64,000 nucleotides of DNA from Ignavibacteriota bacterium (GCA_963801355.1 CAWDEM010000008.1:640001-704000), one strand, 5' to 3'; counted from the stretch's first letter, positions 1-9,194 are shown. The notes: generated from the sequence alone by a model not told the origin. Program-made: numbers and translations.

Positions 1-174
1 CAGATTTCCGCCCTCCAGCAGCCGTGCGAAGAGATCTGTGGCGTCGGCAAGTTCCCGCGCGTTGGTCTCGTCAAGATAGTTGGTCACCTGCCAGGAGGAG
101 AGAGCGCTGACGAGCACTACACCCGCGAGGAGGAGGATGGTGAACACAGACGCGATGCGTTTGCGAAGTTTCAT
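1..174 (-). CDS. Sensor histidine kinase, N-terminal part (PhoR-like); runs off the window edge
   Basis: ATG at 174 gives MKLRKRIASVFTILLLAGVVLVSALSSWQVTNYLDE..., a basic N-terminus plus TM helix, directly downstream of an OmpR/PhoB-family regulator. Confidence 0.7.
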   Translation of the reverse strand, partial: MKLRKRIASVFTILLLAGVVLVSALSSWQVTNYLDETNARELADATDLFARLLEGGNL

Positions 175-217
175 GATATGCCGGCCTGAAGAAAATGCGG
201 TATCCGGTGTCCGGAGT

Positions 218-925
218 TCAGCCCTGTGGTTTTTGGAACCTGTACCCGACCCCCTTTACCGTCTCGATCACGTCCGCATCTCTGCCGAGTTTCTCGCGGA
301 TTTTGCGGATGTGCACATCCACCGTACGATCGATGACCACGACGTCGGTACCCCAGAGGGTGTTAAGCAATGACTCGCGTGTGAAGACCCGCCCGGCGTG
401 GCTGGCGAGCAGTGTCAAAATCTCGAACTCCTTCTTCGGGAAGAACACCTCTTTCTTCCCGATTTTCACCTTGTACGTGGAACGATTGATCTCCAGGTTC
501 CCGACCGCAATGATCTCCTGTTGAGCGGCGGCATCCCGGACCGGCTGGGCAGTACGGCGGAGCACCGACTTCACGCGAGCCACCAGGGTCCGGGGGCTGA
601 TCGGCTTCTGGATGTAATCGTCAGCTCCGAGTTCCAACCCCACCACCTCGTCAACTTCGTTCGAGCTTGCCGTAAGAAAAACGACGGGGATCCTTGCGCT
701 GGCGGGCTGTGCTTTCAGGCGCCGGCAAGTCTCGAAACCGTCCATGACAGGCATCATGATGTCGAGTATGATAAGATCAGGTGCAGGAGAGATTTTGGCG
801 AGCGCTTCTTTGCCGTTGCGTGCGCCGAGTACTTCGAACCCATCTTTGGTGAGGTTATAGCGGATGAGTTCGACGATATCCTCTTCGTCATCGACGACCA
901 GGATGCGCTTCTTTTCCGGAGCCAT
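218..925 (-). CDS. OmpR/PhoB-family response regulator (PhoP-like)
   Basis: Receiver domain (LVVDDE, LDIMMP, GADDYIQKP) plus winged helix (RTVDVHIRKIREKLG, ETVKGVGYRF). Confidence 0.93.
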   Translation of the reverse strand: MAPEKKRILVVDDEEDIVELIRYNLTKDGFEVLGARNGKEALAKISPAPDLIILDIMMPVMDGFETCRRLKAQPASARIPVVFLTASSNEVDEVVGLELGADDYIQKPISPRTLVARVKSVLRRTAQPVRDAAAQQEIIAVGNLEINRSTYKVKIGKKEVFFPKKEFEILTLLASHAGRVFTRESLLNTLWGTDVVVIDRTVDVHIRKIREKLGRDADVIETVKGVGYRFQKPQG

Positions 926-932
926 GAGACCC

Positions 933-1937
933 TCAGGAAAGCGTCACTTCTTTCCCGCGTTTTGCCGATCGGTATACCGCATCGACCACCCTCATGCGCT
1001 GTACCGCTTCTTCGCCGGTAGAGATCACCGGATGGATGTTTTTGACGGCGCCGAAAAAATGCCGCAGTTCGTTTTCGTAGGAGCGTTTGAAGAGTGCCGG
1101 CGTGGGTGCGAGCTTGGCGGGAGCAAGGTTTACGAGGTTTCCGTGCAGCTGCTTGTAGATCTTGAGCGGGTTCAGGCTCGCACTGCCGTCGCTGCCGTGC
1201 ACGTAGCAGTAGGAAGTATCCTGTTCAAGGCACATCGACCAGCTCACCTCAATGTTCACGGTCGCGCCGTGCTTCAGCGTCAGCAGGACGATCGAGGTAT
1301 CTTCCACGTTTTTTGTTCTCTGGTGGTAGTGAGCGGCCTTCACACGGCTGACTTCGTCATAGCTCATCATCCAGAGAGCAAGATCCAGCATGATGATCCC
1401 CTGGTCGATGAACACCCCCCCGCCCGACTTCTCCTTCTGGGTGATCCAGGCGGTGTCAAATGTCCGCTTGCGCAGCCACCCGGTGCGTGTGTAGTGGACC
1501 TTGCCGAGTTCCTTGCCGTCAATGAGGCTCTTGAGGATCATTGTATCGGGCCGGAACCGGTGATTCATTCCTACCATGAGCTTGCGTTTGTGTTCCTTCG
1601 CGGCGGCGGCCATCGCTTCGGCTTCGACGTACCTGCGGGCAATAGGCTTTTCGACAAGCACGTCCTTTCCCGCACGGAGGACAGACAGCGTGACATCCCG
1701 GTGAGCGTCGGTGGAGGTACAGACAATCACCGCATCGATTTCTTCCCTTGCGAGCATGTCATCCAGATCGGTATACTGCCTTGCTATCCCGTACTTTTCC
1801 CCGACCAACTGGAGCCGCGCCCTGTCACGGTCGCACAGCGCAACAACTTGAGCTTCGGGCATCTTCATAAGGAGAGGAAGATGGATGACCTGCGCCACCC
1901 ATCCTGCACCAACGACAGCCGTCTTCACGCGTTCCAT
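933..1937 (-). CDS. Gfo/Idh/MocA-family oxidoreductase
   Basis: VVGAGWVA Rossmann motif, LVEKP, MVGMNHRF, SGGGVFID. Confidence 0.9.
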   Translation of the reverse strand: MERVKTAVVGAGWVAQVIHLPLLMKMPEAQVVALCDRDRARLQLVGEKYGIARQYTDLDDMLAREEIDAVIVCTSTDAHRDVTLSVLRAGKDVLVEKPIARRYVEAEAMAAAAKEHKRKLMVGMNHRFRPDTMILKSLIDGKELGKVHYTRTGWLRKRTFDTAWITQKEKSGGGVFIDQGIIMLDLALWMMSYDEVSRVKAAHYHQRTKNVEDTSIVLLTLKHGATVNIEVSWSMCLEQDTSYCYVHGSDGSASLNPLKIYKQLHGNLVNLAPAKLAPTPALFKRSYENELRHFFGAVKNIHPVISTGEEAVQRMRVVDAVYRSAKRGKEVTLS

Positions 1938-1949
1938 GGTTCAGGAGGA

Positions 1950-3854
1950 TTAGGTAGTGGGTAACGGAATAGTTGTTTTGACGAATGACACGATGCCGTC
2001 AACATCGAGCCGGAGCTCGGCCGCCAGTTCGTCGGGTGCGCCGTGGTCGACGAAGCGGTCGGGGAGGCCGTGCAGATACACCTCGGGTCCCGGAGCGTGG
2101 CGTGACGCATAATACTCCGCCACAGCGCTGCCAAAGCCGCCGATGATCGAGTTGTTTTCGAGGGTAATCACGTGTGCACAGCGATGCCCGATGTCGTCGA
2201 GCAGTTCCCCGTCAAGCGGTTTGATGAACCGCATATTGACGACCTCGCACTGAATGCCATCGCCCTCGAGTACGGCCGCGGCCCGGAGTGCAGGCTGCAC
2301 CATGTCGCCCACAGCGAGGAGGGCTACGTCAGTTCCGCTGCGGAGGATTTCAGCCTTTCCGATCGGGAGAGCGTCGAAACTTTGTTTCAGCGGCACGCCC
2401 ACGCCGTTGCCGCGGGGATAGCGGAGCGCGATGGGGCCATCCTGGTACATGACCGCGGTATAGAGCATATCGCGGAGCTCGTTCTCGTCCTTGGGAGCCA
2501 TGACCACCATCCCGGGGATCAGGCGAAGGTAGCTGAGGTCGAATGCACCGTGATGGGTGGGACCGTCTGCGCCGACAATGCCGCCGCGATCGATGGCAAA
2601 CACGACATGCAGGTGTTGCAGGGCGACATCGTGAATAATCTGGTCGAACGCCCGCTGCAGGAACGTGGAATAGATCGCCACGATAGGGATACAGCCTTCG
2701 GTAGCAAGGCCGGCGGCAAACGTCACGCCGTGTTGTTCGGCAATGCCCACATCGTAGAAACGTTGCGGCAGTTCGCTCTGGAGTTGATCCAGGCCGGTGC
2801 CGTCAGGCATCGCCGCCGTGATGCCAACCACGTTCGGCATCATCCGGGCAAGTTCCACCACCGCGGCGCCGAATACCTTTGTGTATGCGGGAGGGCCGCC
2901 CGTTTTCTTCGCCATAGGTCCGGTGACCTTGTCGAAAGGCGTGACCCCGTGCAAACGCTGCGAATCCTCCTCCGCCGGTTTATAGCCCTTCCCTTTCTGG
3001 GTGATGGTATGAACCAGAATCGGGCCGTTGAAGCTCTTCACTTCCTGAAAGATGCGCACCAGCTGCGTCAGATTATGCCCGTTGATCGGCCCGAAGTAAC
3101 GGAAGCCGAGGGCTTCGAAGAGCATTCCCGGCGTGACGATCACCTTCAAGCCGCCTTCCACCCGGGCGGCCGCTTTGCGAATCCGGTCTCCCCACTGATC
3201 GAGTTTGCCGGTCAGCTCATAGACGTTTCGCTTCACCCTATTGTACTGAGGACTTGCAATCACCTCGGTGAAGTAGTTGGAGATCGCCCAGACATTCGGG
3301 GCGATGGACATGTTGTTATCGTTCAGAACGACGATGAGATTTTTCTTCAGGAGACCGGCATTGTTCATTCCCTCGTAGACCATCCCTCCGGTCATGGATC
3401 CGTCGCCGATCACGGCTATCACGTCGTACTTCGCCCCGGTAAGGTCACGTGCGGCGACCATGCCGAGTGCAGCGGAGATGGAGGTACTTGCGTGGCCCGC
3501 CCCGAATGCGTCGTAGGCGCTCTCGGAGCGCTTGAGGAAACCGCTGAGGCCGTGGTATTGCCGGATCGTGTTGAACCTGTCCTTACGGCCCGTGAGGATC
3601 TTGTGGGGGTACGCCTGGTGCCCGACGTCCCAGATCAGCTTGTCCTGCGGCGTATTGAACACATAGTGCAGCGCGATGGCGAGTTCGACGGCGCCGAGCC
3701 CTGCGCCGAGATGCCCTCCGGTGCTCGCGACAATTTCAATCAGGAATTGCCGGACATCGCTGGCAAGCCCTTTCAATTCCTGCACAGACATGCTCCGCAT
3801 ATCGGCTGGAACGTCAACACGATCAAGATACGGATAGCGGGTGTCGGTACTCAT
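1950..3854 (-). CDS. dxs: 1-deoxy-D-xylulose-5-phosphate synthase
   Basis: GGHLGAGLG, WDVGHQAYPHK, GDGSMTGG...LNDN (ThDP site), DVGIAEQH, GADGPTHHG. Confidence 0.97.
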   Translation of the reverse strand: MSTDTRYPYLDRVDVPADMRSMSVQELKGLASDVRQFLIEIVASTGGHLGAGLGAVELAIALHYVFNTPQDKLIWDVGHQAYPHKILTGRKDRFNTIRQYHGLSGFLKRSESAYDAFGAGHASTSISAALGMVAARDLTGAKYDVIAVIGDGSMTGGMVYEGMNNAGLLKKNLIVVLNDNNMSIAPNVWAISNYFTEVIASPQYNRVKRNVYELTGKLDQWGDRIRKAAARVEGGLKVIVTPGMLFEALGFRYFGPINGHNLTQLVRIFQEVKSFNGPILVHTITQKGKGYKPAEEDSQRLHGVTPFDKVTGPMAKKTGGPPAYTKVFGAAVVELARMMPNVVGITAAMPDGTGLDQLQSELPQRFYDVGIAEQHGVTFAAGLATEGCIPIVAIYSTFLQRAFDQIIHDVALQHLHVVFAIDRGGIVGADGPTHHGAFDLSYLRLIPGMVVMAPKDENELRDMLYTAVMYQDGPIALRYPRGNGVGVPLKQSFDALPIGKAEILRSGTDVALLAVGDMVQPALRAAAVLEGDGIQCEVVNMRFIKPLDGELLDDIGHRCAHVITLENNSIIGGFGSAVAEYYASRHAPGPEVYLHGLPDRFVDHGAPDELAAELRLDVDGIVSFVKTTIPLPTT

Positions 3855-4099
3855 TCCTTTTCTTCTTCGTCAAGTTCTTCAAACGCCCCGTCCGCCTTTT
3901 TGCTCAGCCGTTTCAGGATGAGCTCCGCCTGCGCCAGGCGTTCGCTGCAGGCTTTGGACAGCAGGAGGCCTTCCTCGTACAGGCGCAGGGATTCCTCGAG
4001 CGGAACGTCGCCGCGCTCGAGCCGTTCGACGATGTCCTCCAGACGCTTCAGCGACTCCTCGAACGTCGGGGGGTCCTGCTCACGTTTCTTCGGGGCCAT
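3851..4099 (-). CDS. xseB: Exodeoxyribonuclease VII small subunit
   Basis: FEESLKRLEDIVERLE..LEESLRLYEEG; follows xseA. Confidence 0.95.
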   Translation of the reverse strand: MAPKKREQDPPTFEESLKRLEDIVERLERGDVPLEESLRLYEEGLLLSKACSERLAQAELILKRLSKKADGAFEELDEEEKE

Positions 4100-4104
4100 G
4101 GAGA

Positions 4105-5295
4105 TTACACTATCGTTGATGGAACGTCACCATCATGAAATGAAATCGTTACGTCATCGTGCGCGTGCAAATGCGACGCAGTGCTGATAATTCTGCCATT
4201 CTTCCGGATCATCGTGTATCCCCGTTTCAGCGTACGGCCGGGGTCAAGTGCCTCTAGGCGTTGTCCGGCGCCCTTCATCTGTGACGCCGCAAGTGCGAAC
4301 CGATGTGAAGCGGACGCCCCCATCGAACGCGTCAGCTCATCAATATGCTGACTGTGGTTATGGAGCAGGTCAACAGGCCTATTGAAGGCGTGACTTTTGA
4401 GTAGGTAGCCGATGTGTTCTCTGTGCTGTGCGACCCTGGAGACGAGCGATTCGTGCATAGTATAGGCAAAATCGCGCAAAATCTCAAGGACGGCGACGCG
4501 GTCCTTCACAATGATTTCCGCAGCAGCGCTGGGAGTCGGCGCACGCACATCGGCCACAAAATCCGCGATGGTGAAATCCACCTCATGGCCTACCGCGCTC
4601 ACAACGGGGATGCGCGAGGAGACGATCGAGCGGGCAACCACCTCTTCATTAAACGCCCAGAGGTCTTCCAGTGACCCGCCTCCCCGGGCGACAACGATGA
4701 CATCCACTGTGCCGCAGAAATTCAGGTCGCGCACCGCCTGCGCGATCTCTTCCGCTGCGCCCGCACCCTGCACGCGCACGGGAACCAGCACGAGGGTCAG
4801 CGCAGGGAAACGGCGCCGGAACACGTTCACCATATCATGCAGCACGGCCCCGGTCCGGGAAGTCACGATGCCGATCCGTTCGGGATATTCCGGGAGCGGC
4901 TTCTTACGGCTTCGCTCGAACAAACCCTCCGCGGCGAGTTTCTCTTTCAACCGTTCGAATGCCAGCTGCAGCTCTCCGGCACCGAGGGGATTGACGGATG
5001 CCACATCAATCTGGTACGTCCCGCGGACCTCGTAGACGGTGATACGGCCCGACACAATGACTTTCATGCCGTCGCGCGGCATCACGGTGATGTGCTGCAC
5101 ACGGCTGCGCCAGAGGACTGCGGAAAGCTGGGAGTTTTCATCCTTGAGGGTGAAGTAGACGTGCCCCGAGGAGTGATGTTTGAGGTTGGAGATTTCGCCG
5201 ACCACGACAACGGAGGTGAAGCCGGTTTCGAGCACCTGCTTGATACGGCGCGTCAGCTCGGTGACAGTATATTGCCGGGGTGTATCCGGGTTCAT
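4105..5295 (-). CDS. xseA: Exodeoxyribonuclease VII large subunit
   Basis: GEISN..SGHVYFTLKD, ARGGGSLEDLWAFN, AVGHEVDFTIADFVAD; start taken at the ATG at 5295. Confidence 0.96.
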   Translation of the reverse strand: MNPDTPRQYTVTELTRRIKQVLETGFTSVVVVGEISNLKHHSSGHVYFTLKDENSQLSAVLWRSRVQHITVMPRDGMKVIVSGRITVYEVRGTYQIDVASVNPLGAGELQLAFERLKEKLAAEGLFERSRKKPLPEYPERIGIVTSRTGAVLHDMVNVFRRRFPALTLVLVPVRVQGAGAAEEIAQAVRDLNFCGTVDVIVVARGGGSLEDLWAFNEEVVARSIVSSRIPVVSAVGHEVDFTIADFVADVRAPTPSAAAEIIVKDRVAVLEILRDFAYTMHESLVSRVAQHREHIGYLLKSHAFNRPVDLLHNHSQHIDELTRSMGASASHRFALAASQMKGAGQRLEALDPGRTLKRGYTMIRKNGRIISTASHLHAHDDVTISFHDGDVPSTIV

Positions 5296-5369
5296 GGGGG
5301 TGTCACTATTGTGTGCGTTCCTCCCGCCAAAGCACTTGAAGATAGCGAATTTTCCACTTGCAACCACCG

Positions 5370-5398
5370 TTGAAAGGAAGAAAAAAGAGTCCTATATT
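5370..5398 (+). promoter_or_regulatory. Sigma70-type promoter for bshB1, probably near-leaderless
   Basis: TTGAAA-17 bp-TATATT, ending 8 nt before the ATG at 5407; no SD. Confidence 0.6.
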
Positions 5399-5406
5399 GA
5401 TCAACG

Positions 5407-6126
5407 ATGAAACTCGACGTGCTGGCCATAGGCGCGCATCCGGATGACGTGGAGCTTTCCTGCGGGGGAACCGTAGCGAAGCTGGTCCACCAGGGTCACC
5501 GTGTCGGCCTGGTGGACCTCACCGAGGGGGAGATGGGCACGCGCGGTTCCCGAGAAATTCGCTCGGCGGAAGCAGCGGAAGCCGGACGTATACTCGGGAT
5601 AGCGGGCCGCGACACGCTGCGGATTCCGGACGCCGGCATCGAGATCACGCGGGACAACATCCTCGCGCTCGTCCGCCTCATTCGTCATCATCAGCCCGAC
5701 GTGCTGCTTATCCCTCACTCCGTCGACCGGCATCCGGACCACGAACATGCGCACATCCTTGCCCGGGAAGCATGGTTCTATGCCGGCCTCCGGAAGATCG
5801 AAACGGAGTTCGAAGGCAAACCCCAGGAATCGCACCGTCCCCGCTCCTACTACCACTTCATGCAATGGTTTGAGTTCGTCCCCTCGTTCATCGTCGACAT
5901 CACCGAAACATTTGATGTGCGCATCGAAGCCATGCGGGCGTTCCGATCGCAGTTCTACGATCCCTTCAGCAACGAGCCGGGAACGATCCTCAGCACTCCG
6001 GAGTTCCTGGAGTCAATCCGCACAAGGGCGGAGTATTACGGCGACAAGATAGGCGTGAAGTACGCTGAGGCATTTTTCTCGCCGGCGCAGATACCCGTTC
6101 CCGATCTTTTCACCCTGCACCGATAA
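5407..6126 (+). CDS. bshB1: Bacillithiol biosynthesis deacetylase BshB1 (PIG-L family)
   Basis: AIGAHPDDVELSCGGT, DLTEGEMGTRG, RHPDH, YAEAF. Confidence 0.9.
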   Translation: MKLDVLAIGAHPDDVELSCGGTVAKLVHQGHRVGLVDLTEGEMGTRGSREIRSAEAAEAGRILGIAGRDTLRIPDAGIEITRDNILALVRLIRHHQPDVLLIPHSVDRHPDHEHAHILAREAWFYAGLRKIETEFEGKPQESHRPRSYYHFMQWFEFVPSFIVDITETFDVRIEAMRAFRSQFYDPFSNEPGTILSTPEFLESIRTRAEYYGDKIGVKYAEAFFSPAQIPVPDLFTLHR

Positions 6127-6127
6127 C

Positions 6128-6562
6128 ATGCACTTACTCCATCCCGTCCTGGTACATTTTCCCATCGCTTTGCTGGTGATCAGCGTCGTCTTTGAACTGG
6201 CAGCATGGTTCACGCGGAAGTCTCACCTCTCCCTGGTTGGTTGGTGGCTGCAGCTGATCGGCACTGTAGGAGTGATCGCGGCGACACTCAGCGGTGTGGT
6301 CGCGGAAGCTGCAGTGGGAGTCGCCCTGTTGCGGGCAGCGGACACGTTTGCATTGCACGAGCAGCTGGCGTTCGTGACCTGCATCGTGTTCGCCGTGTTG
6401 CTGTTCTTCCGGCTGTCATCACACCGGGCCCTTCCGGCGGGTTGGCCACGTCTCTATCTTGCCGCCCTCACCGGCGGTGTCGTCCTGCTGTTGCTCACCG
6501 GCTGGTTCGGCGGCGAACTCGTGTTCTCGTACGGCATCGGCGTCTCTTTTCCTTCGCGCTGA
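6128..6562 (+). CDS. DUF2231-family membrane protein
   Basis: HPVLVHFPIALL N-terminus, about 4 TM segments, GWFGGELVFSYGIGV C-terminus. Confidence 0.8.
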   Translation: MHLLHPVLVHFPIALLVISVVFELAAWFTRKSHLSLVGWWLQLIGTVGVIAATLSGVVAEAAVGVALLRAADTFALHEQLAFVTCIVFAVLLFFRLSSHRALPAGWPRLYLAALTGGVVLLLLTGWFGGELVFSYGIGVSFPSR

Positions 6563-8541
6563 TCCTCCGGTCCGGCTTGCCTCAGCGCGCCTTCGGGCGC
6601 GCGCCGGATGATCGTCATCAGGAAACCCAGCAGCAGAATGATGACGCCCGACCAGACGAGATTGATCAGAGGCTTAATGCTGGCCTCCACCACGAGCACA
6701 TCCGCTTTTGCCGGGGCGGTCGTTCCATTTCCCTTCAGAAGTGCCGGCTGCCCCGTCGCGTTCGCCTGATCAAGCGACAGCGGAGCGATATACAGATCGC
6801 GCAGGAGGAGATGAGCGATGTCAGGGTTACGCATCACGCCCTCGCTGTACCTGCTGAAGAACATCACGGGCTTGAGCATGATCGCCAGATTTTCCCGCTC
6901 GACGCGGACATCGAAGGCATACCGTTCTTTTTCGAATTCGTGGTACCCCTGATATGTCATCCGGAGGCCCAGCGCGTCCACGCTCTTTCCCAGCGGCAGC
7001 GCAACGGTTTGCTCCCGGTCGTACTCGGATGAGACGACAAACCCGAGGAGCATCATGCCGATGCCGATGTGCGCAACCGCTCCTCCCGCCAGCCGCAGGT
7101 TGGTCCGTGCGATTCTCCACCCCACCTGAACATTTGCCACGAGGCCGAACATGGCGGCGCCGAGGAGGACCAGCGTGAGCGGTTCCGTGGCCCCGAGGGC
7201 AACGGCAGCAGCGGCCGTCAGCAGGCCGCCGAGTGCCGGAGGCACAAGGGCCTGCAACAGTGAGCGTCTGTCGGATTTTGTCCACCAGAGAAGCTGTCCG
7301 AAACCTGTGAGGAGACCGATCGCTACGCCCAGCGGCATGACCGTCTGCACATAGTAGGAGATGTCCACCGCGCTCTTGCTGCCGTAGAAGATGCCGGTGA
7401 TCAACGGTGACGAGGTGCCAATGATCACCAGGACCGCGATGATGACCAGGGTTGCCGCTCCGAGGAACAGTGCGAATTCGCGCGACAGGTAGTGGTGCCG
7501 CGCCGGACGCCGCGGGAATTCCTTCCAACGGCGGGCGAAGAGGAACGCCGGCAGCCCGGTGGCAAGGATCAGCACGCCCACGAGCAGCCCGTATACCCAC
7601 ATCCCGGGGTCAACGAATGAGTGCACCGACGTGTCGCCGAGCACGCCGCTTCTCGTGAGGAAGGTGGAATACACGACGAGGATGAAGCAGAGGATGCCCA
7701 GGGCCAGGTTGGTGCGGACGAATGCGCCGCGCTTTCGCTGTGAGAGCGTCGTGTGGATCGCGGCGACGCCCACCAGCCAGGGGACCAGGGAAGAATTCTC
7801 CACGGGATCCCAGCCCCAGTAGCCGCCCCATCCGAGCGTTTCATAGGCCCAGACTCCGCCCATCATGATGCCGGTTCCGAGCACAAAGGTTCCGAACACC
7901 AGCCACGGCGTCGCCGCCTTGAACCACGAGTCGTAGTCGCGTTTCAACATTGCGGCGATCGCATACGCATACGGCACGCCCATGGCAGCAAAGCCGCTGA
8001 AAAGCACCTGGGGATGGATGACCATCCAGTAGTTCTGCAGTAGGGGGTTCAGTCCCCTGCCATCGGCCGGCATGAAACCCGCCCTGACATCTCCCGGGAA
8101 CGATTCCCAGACATAAAGAAACGGATTCTTCACAAGCAGCATGAGGAGAAGCATGAGCTCGATGCCGCCGAAGATGCTCATGACCTGAGCTTCGTACCCA
8201 TGGCGGGCCGCATGCCTGAGAAGCACCACGCCGATGATCGCGGTGTAGAACGCCCAGAGCAAGAAGCTTCCTTCCTGGCCGGCGTAGAAAGTGGAGATCA
8301 GGAGCGGCGTGGGGAGATCGCGGGAGCTGTAGCTCCAGATGTACGTGTACTGGAATTGATGCGTGAGGATGAGATACAGGAGGGTTGCAGCGGTCAGCAC
8401 CACTGCGGCGAGTGCAGTGACAAAGCCGAGGCGGCCGAGAGTGAGAGAAAGCGGTGTGCCCCGCAGGTGGTGGCGCACGTAGGCGAGGACACTGACAGCG
8501 CAGGCAACGAACGCCAGCTTGACCAGCAACCCGCCAATCAT
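6454..8541 (-). CDS. ccmF: Cytochrome c heme lyase CcmF
   Basis: GQEGSFLLW, GLNPLLQNYWMVIHP, WAYETLGWGGYWGWDPVENSS, TRSG..SVHSF; AGGAG before the ATG at 8541. Confidence 0.94.
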   Translation of the reverse strand: MIGGLLVKLAFVACAVSVLAYVRHHLRGTPLSLTLGRLGFVTALAAVVLTAATLLYLILTHQFQYTYIWSYSSRDLPTPLLISTFYAGQEGSFLLWAFYTAIIGVVLLRHAARHGYEAQVMSIFGGIELMLLLMLLVKNPFLYVWESFPGDVRAGFMPADGRGLNPLLQNYWMVIHPQVLFSGFAAMGVPYAYAIAAMLKRDYDSWFKAATPWLVFGTFVLGTGIMMGGVWAYETLGWGGYWGWDPVENSSLVPWLVGVAAIHTTLSQRKRGAFVRTNLALGILCFILVVYSTFLTRSGVLGDTSVHSFVDPGMWVYGLLVGVLILATGLPAFLFARRWKEFPRRPARHHYLSREFALFLGAATLVIIAVLVIIGTSSPLITGIFYGSKSAVDISYYVQTVMPLGVAIGLLTGFGQLLWWTKSDRRSLLQALVPPALGGLLTAAAAVALGATEPLTLVLLGAAMFGLVANVQVGWRIARTNLRLAGGAVAHIGIGMMLLGFVVSSEYDREQTVALPLGKSVDALGLRMTYQGYHEFEKERYAFDVRVERENLAIMLKPVMFFSRYSEGVMRNPDIAHLLLRDLYIAPLSLDQANATGQPALLKGNGTTAPAKADVLVVEASIKPLINLVWSGVIILLLGFLMTIIRRAPEGALRQAGPEDQREGKETPMPYENTSSPPNQPVSNSRTTPPVRAAR

Positions 8542-8584
8542 AAGCACTCCTGTGGTGGAAAGAACAGTAGATCACTTCGACGCG

Positions 8585-8628
8585 GAGATTGCTTCGCTCG
8601 CTCCTCACGGAGCTCGCTCGCAATGACA
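8585..8628. repeat. REP-like palindromic element (GAGATTGCTTCG...CTCGCAATGACA type)
   Basis: GAGATTGCTTCGCTCGCTCCTCACGGAGCTCGCTCGCAATGACA, with an inner GCTCC/GGAGC stem and an outer ATTGC/GCAAT stem; intergenic between ccmE and ccmF. Confidence 0.6.
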
Positions 8629-8639
8629 GCTGCCTGCCC

Positions 8640-9035
8640 CTACGACTGTGGCTTGACTACTTCGCTTCCTTTTGCCTCGTACTTGGACGGGCACTTCGTG
8701 AGCAGTTCGTTTGCGTGGAAGTAGCCTTCCTTGGTGAACTTCCCTTTGGCAACCACACTCGTGGCGAGTTCAAAATTGTTCGGGGCGGCGCCTTCGAGGA
8801 TTACCTGGCACTCCTTCCCGTTATCATCCACGAGGTAGAACGAAAACTGGCCAGTGGTTGGATTGAACGAGGATTCACGTTGTCTGTTCCAGGTTCCTTT
8901 CAGCTGCACCTTCTTCCCTTTGGCCATGGCGCCGGCGATATCCGTGTATTCCACGTTGGTGTCGAGGAACGAATAGGCGCCGAAGACGATAAAGACCAGT
9001 ATAATAATTGCGCCGACGATGGTTTTTGCGTTCAT
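8640..9035 (-). CDS. ccmE: Heme chaperone CcmE, CxxxY type
   Basis: N-terminal TM, OB-fold size, LLTKCPSKY motif, ccm context. Confidence 0.92.
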   Translation of the reverse strand: MNAKTIVGAIIILVFIVFGAYSFLDTNVEYTDIAGAMAKGKKVQLKGTWNRQRESSFNPTTGQFSFYLVDDNGKECQVILEGAAPNNFELATSVVAKGKFTKEGYFHANELLTKCPSKYEAKGSEVVKPQS

Positions 9036-9051
9036 GTCCGGGTCTCTCCCT

Positions 9052-9192
9052 TCACTTCCCTTCCTGGTGCATATCGCGTTCCAGTTTTTTTAATCGCCCG
9101 TCGAGCCGGAACAGATAAAGATAGACGCCGAGCCAGATGCCGACCGCAATGATCAGCACGATGTAGAGTTGGTTCTGGGCCAGAAAATCCAC
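9052..9192 (-). CDS. ccmD: CcmD-family small membrane protein (46 aa; not in the ORF track)
   Basis: GTG start, MDFLAQNQLYIVLIIAVGIWLGVYLYLFRLDGRLKKLERDMHQEGK; a single TM plus charged tail between ccmC and ccmE. Confidence 0.85.
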   Translation of the reverse strand: MDFLAQNQLYIVLIIAVGIWLGVYLYLFRLDGRLKKLERDMHQEGK

Positions 9193-9194
9193 TG

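Noticed and set aside
2172-4187. Long plus-strand ORF (671 aa) and similar antisense ORFs (e.g. 864-1964, 29351-30643, 45608-46642)
   Set aside because: These are shadow frames of well-supported genes on the opposite strand, common in GC-rich DNA, and show no recognisable motifs.
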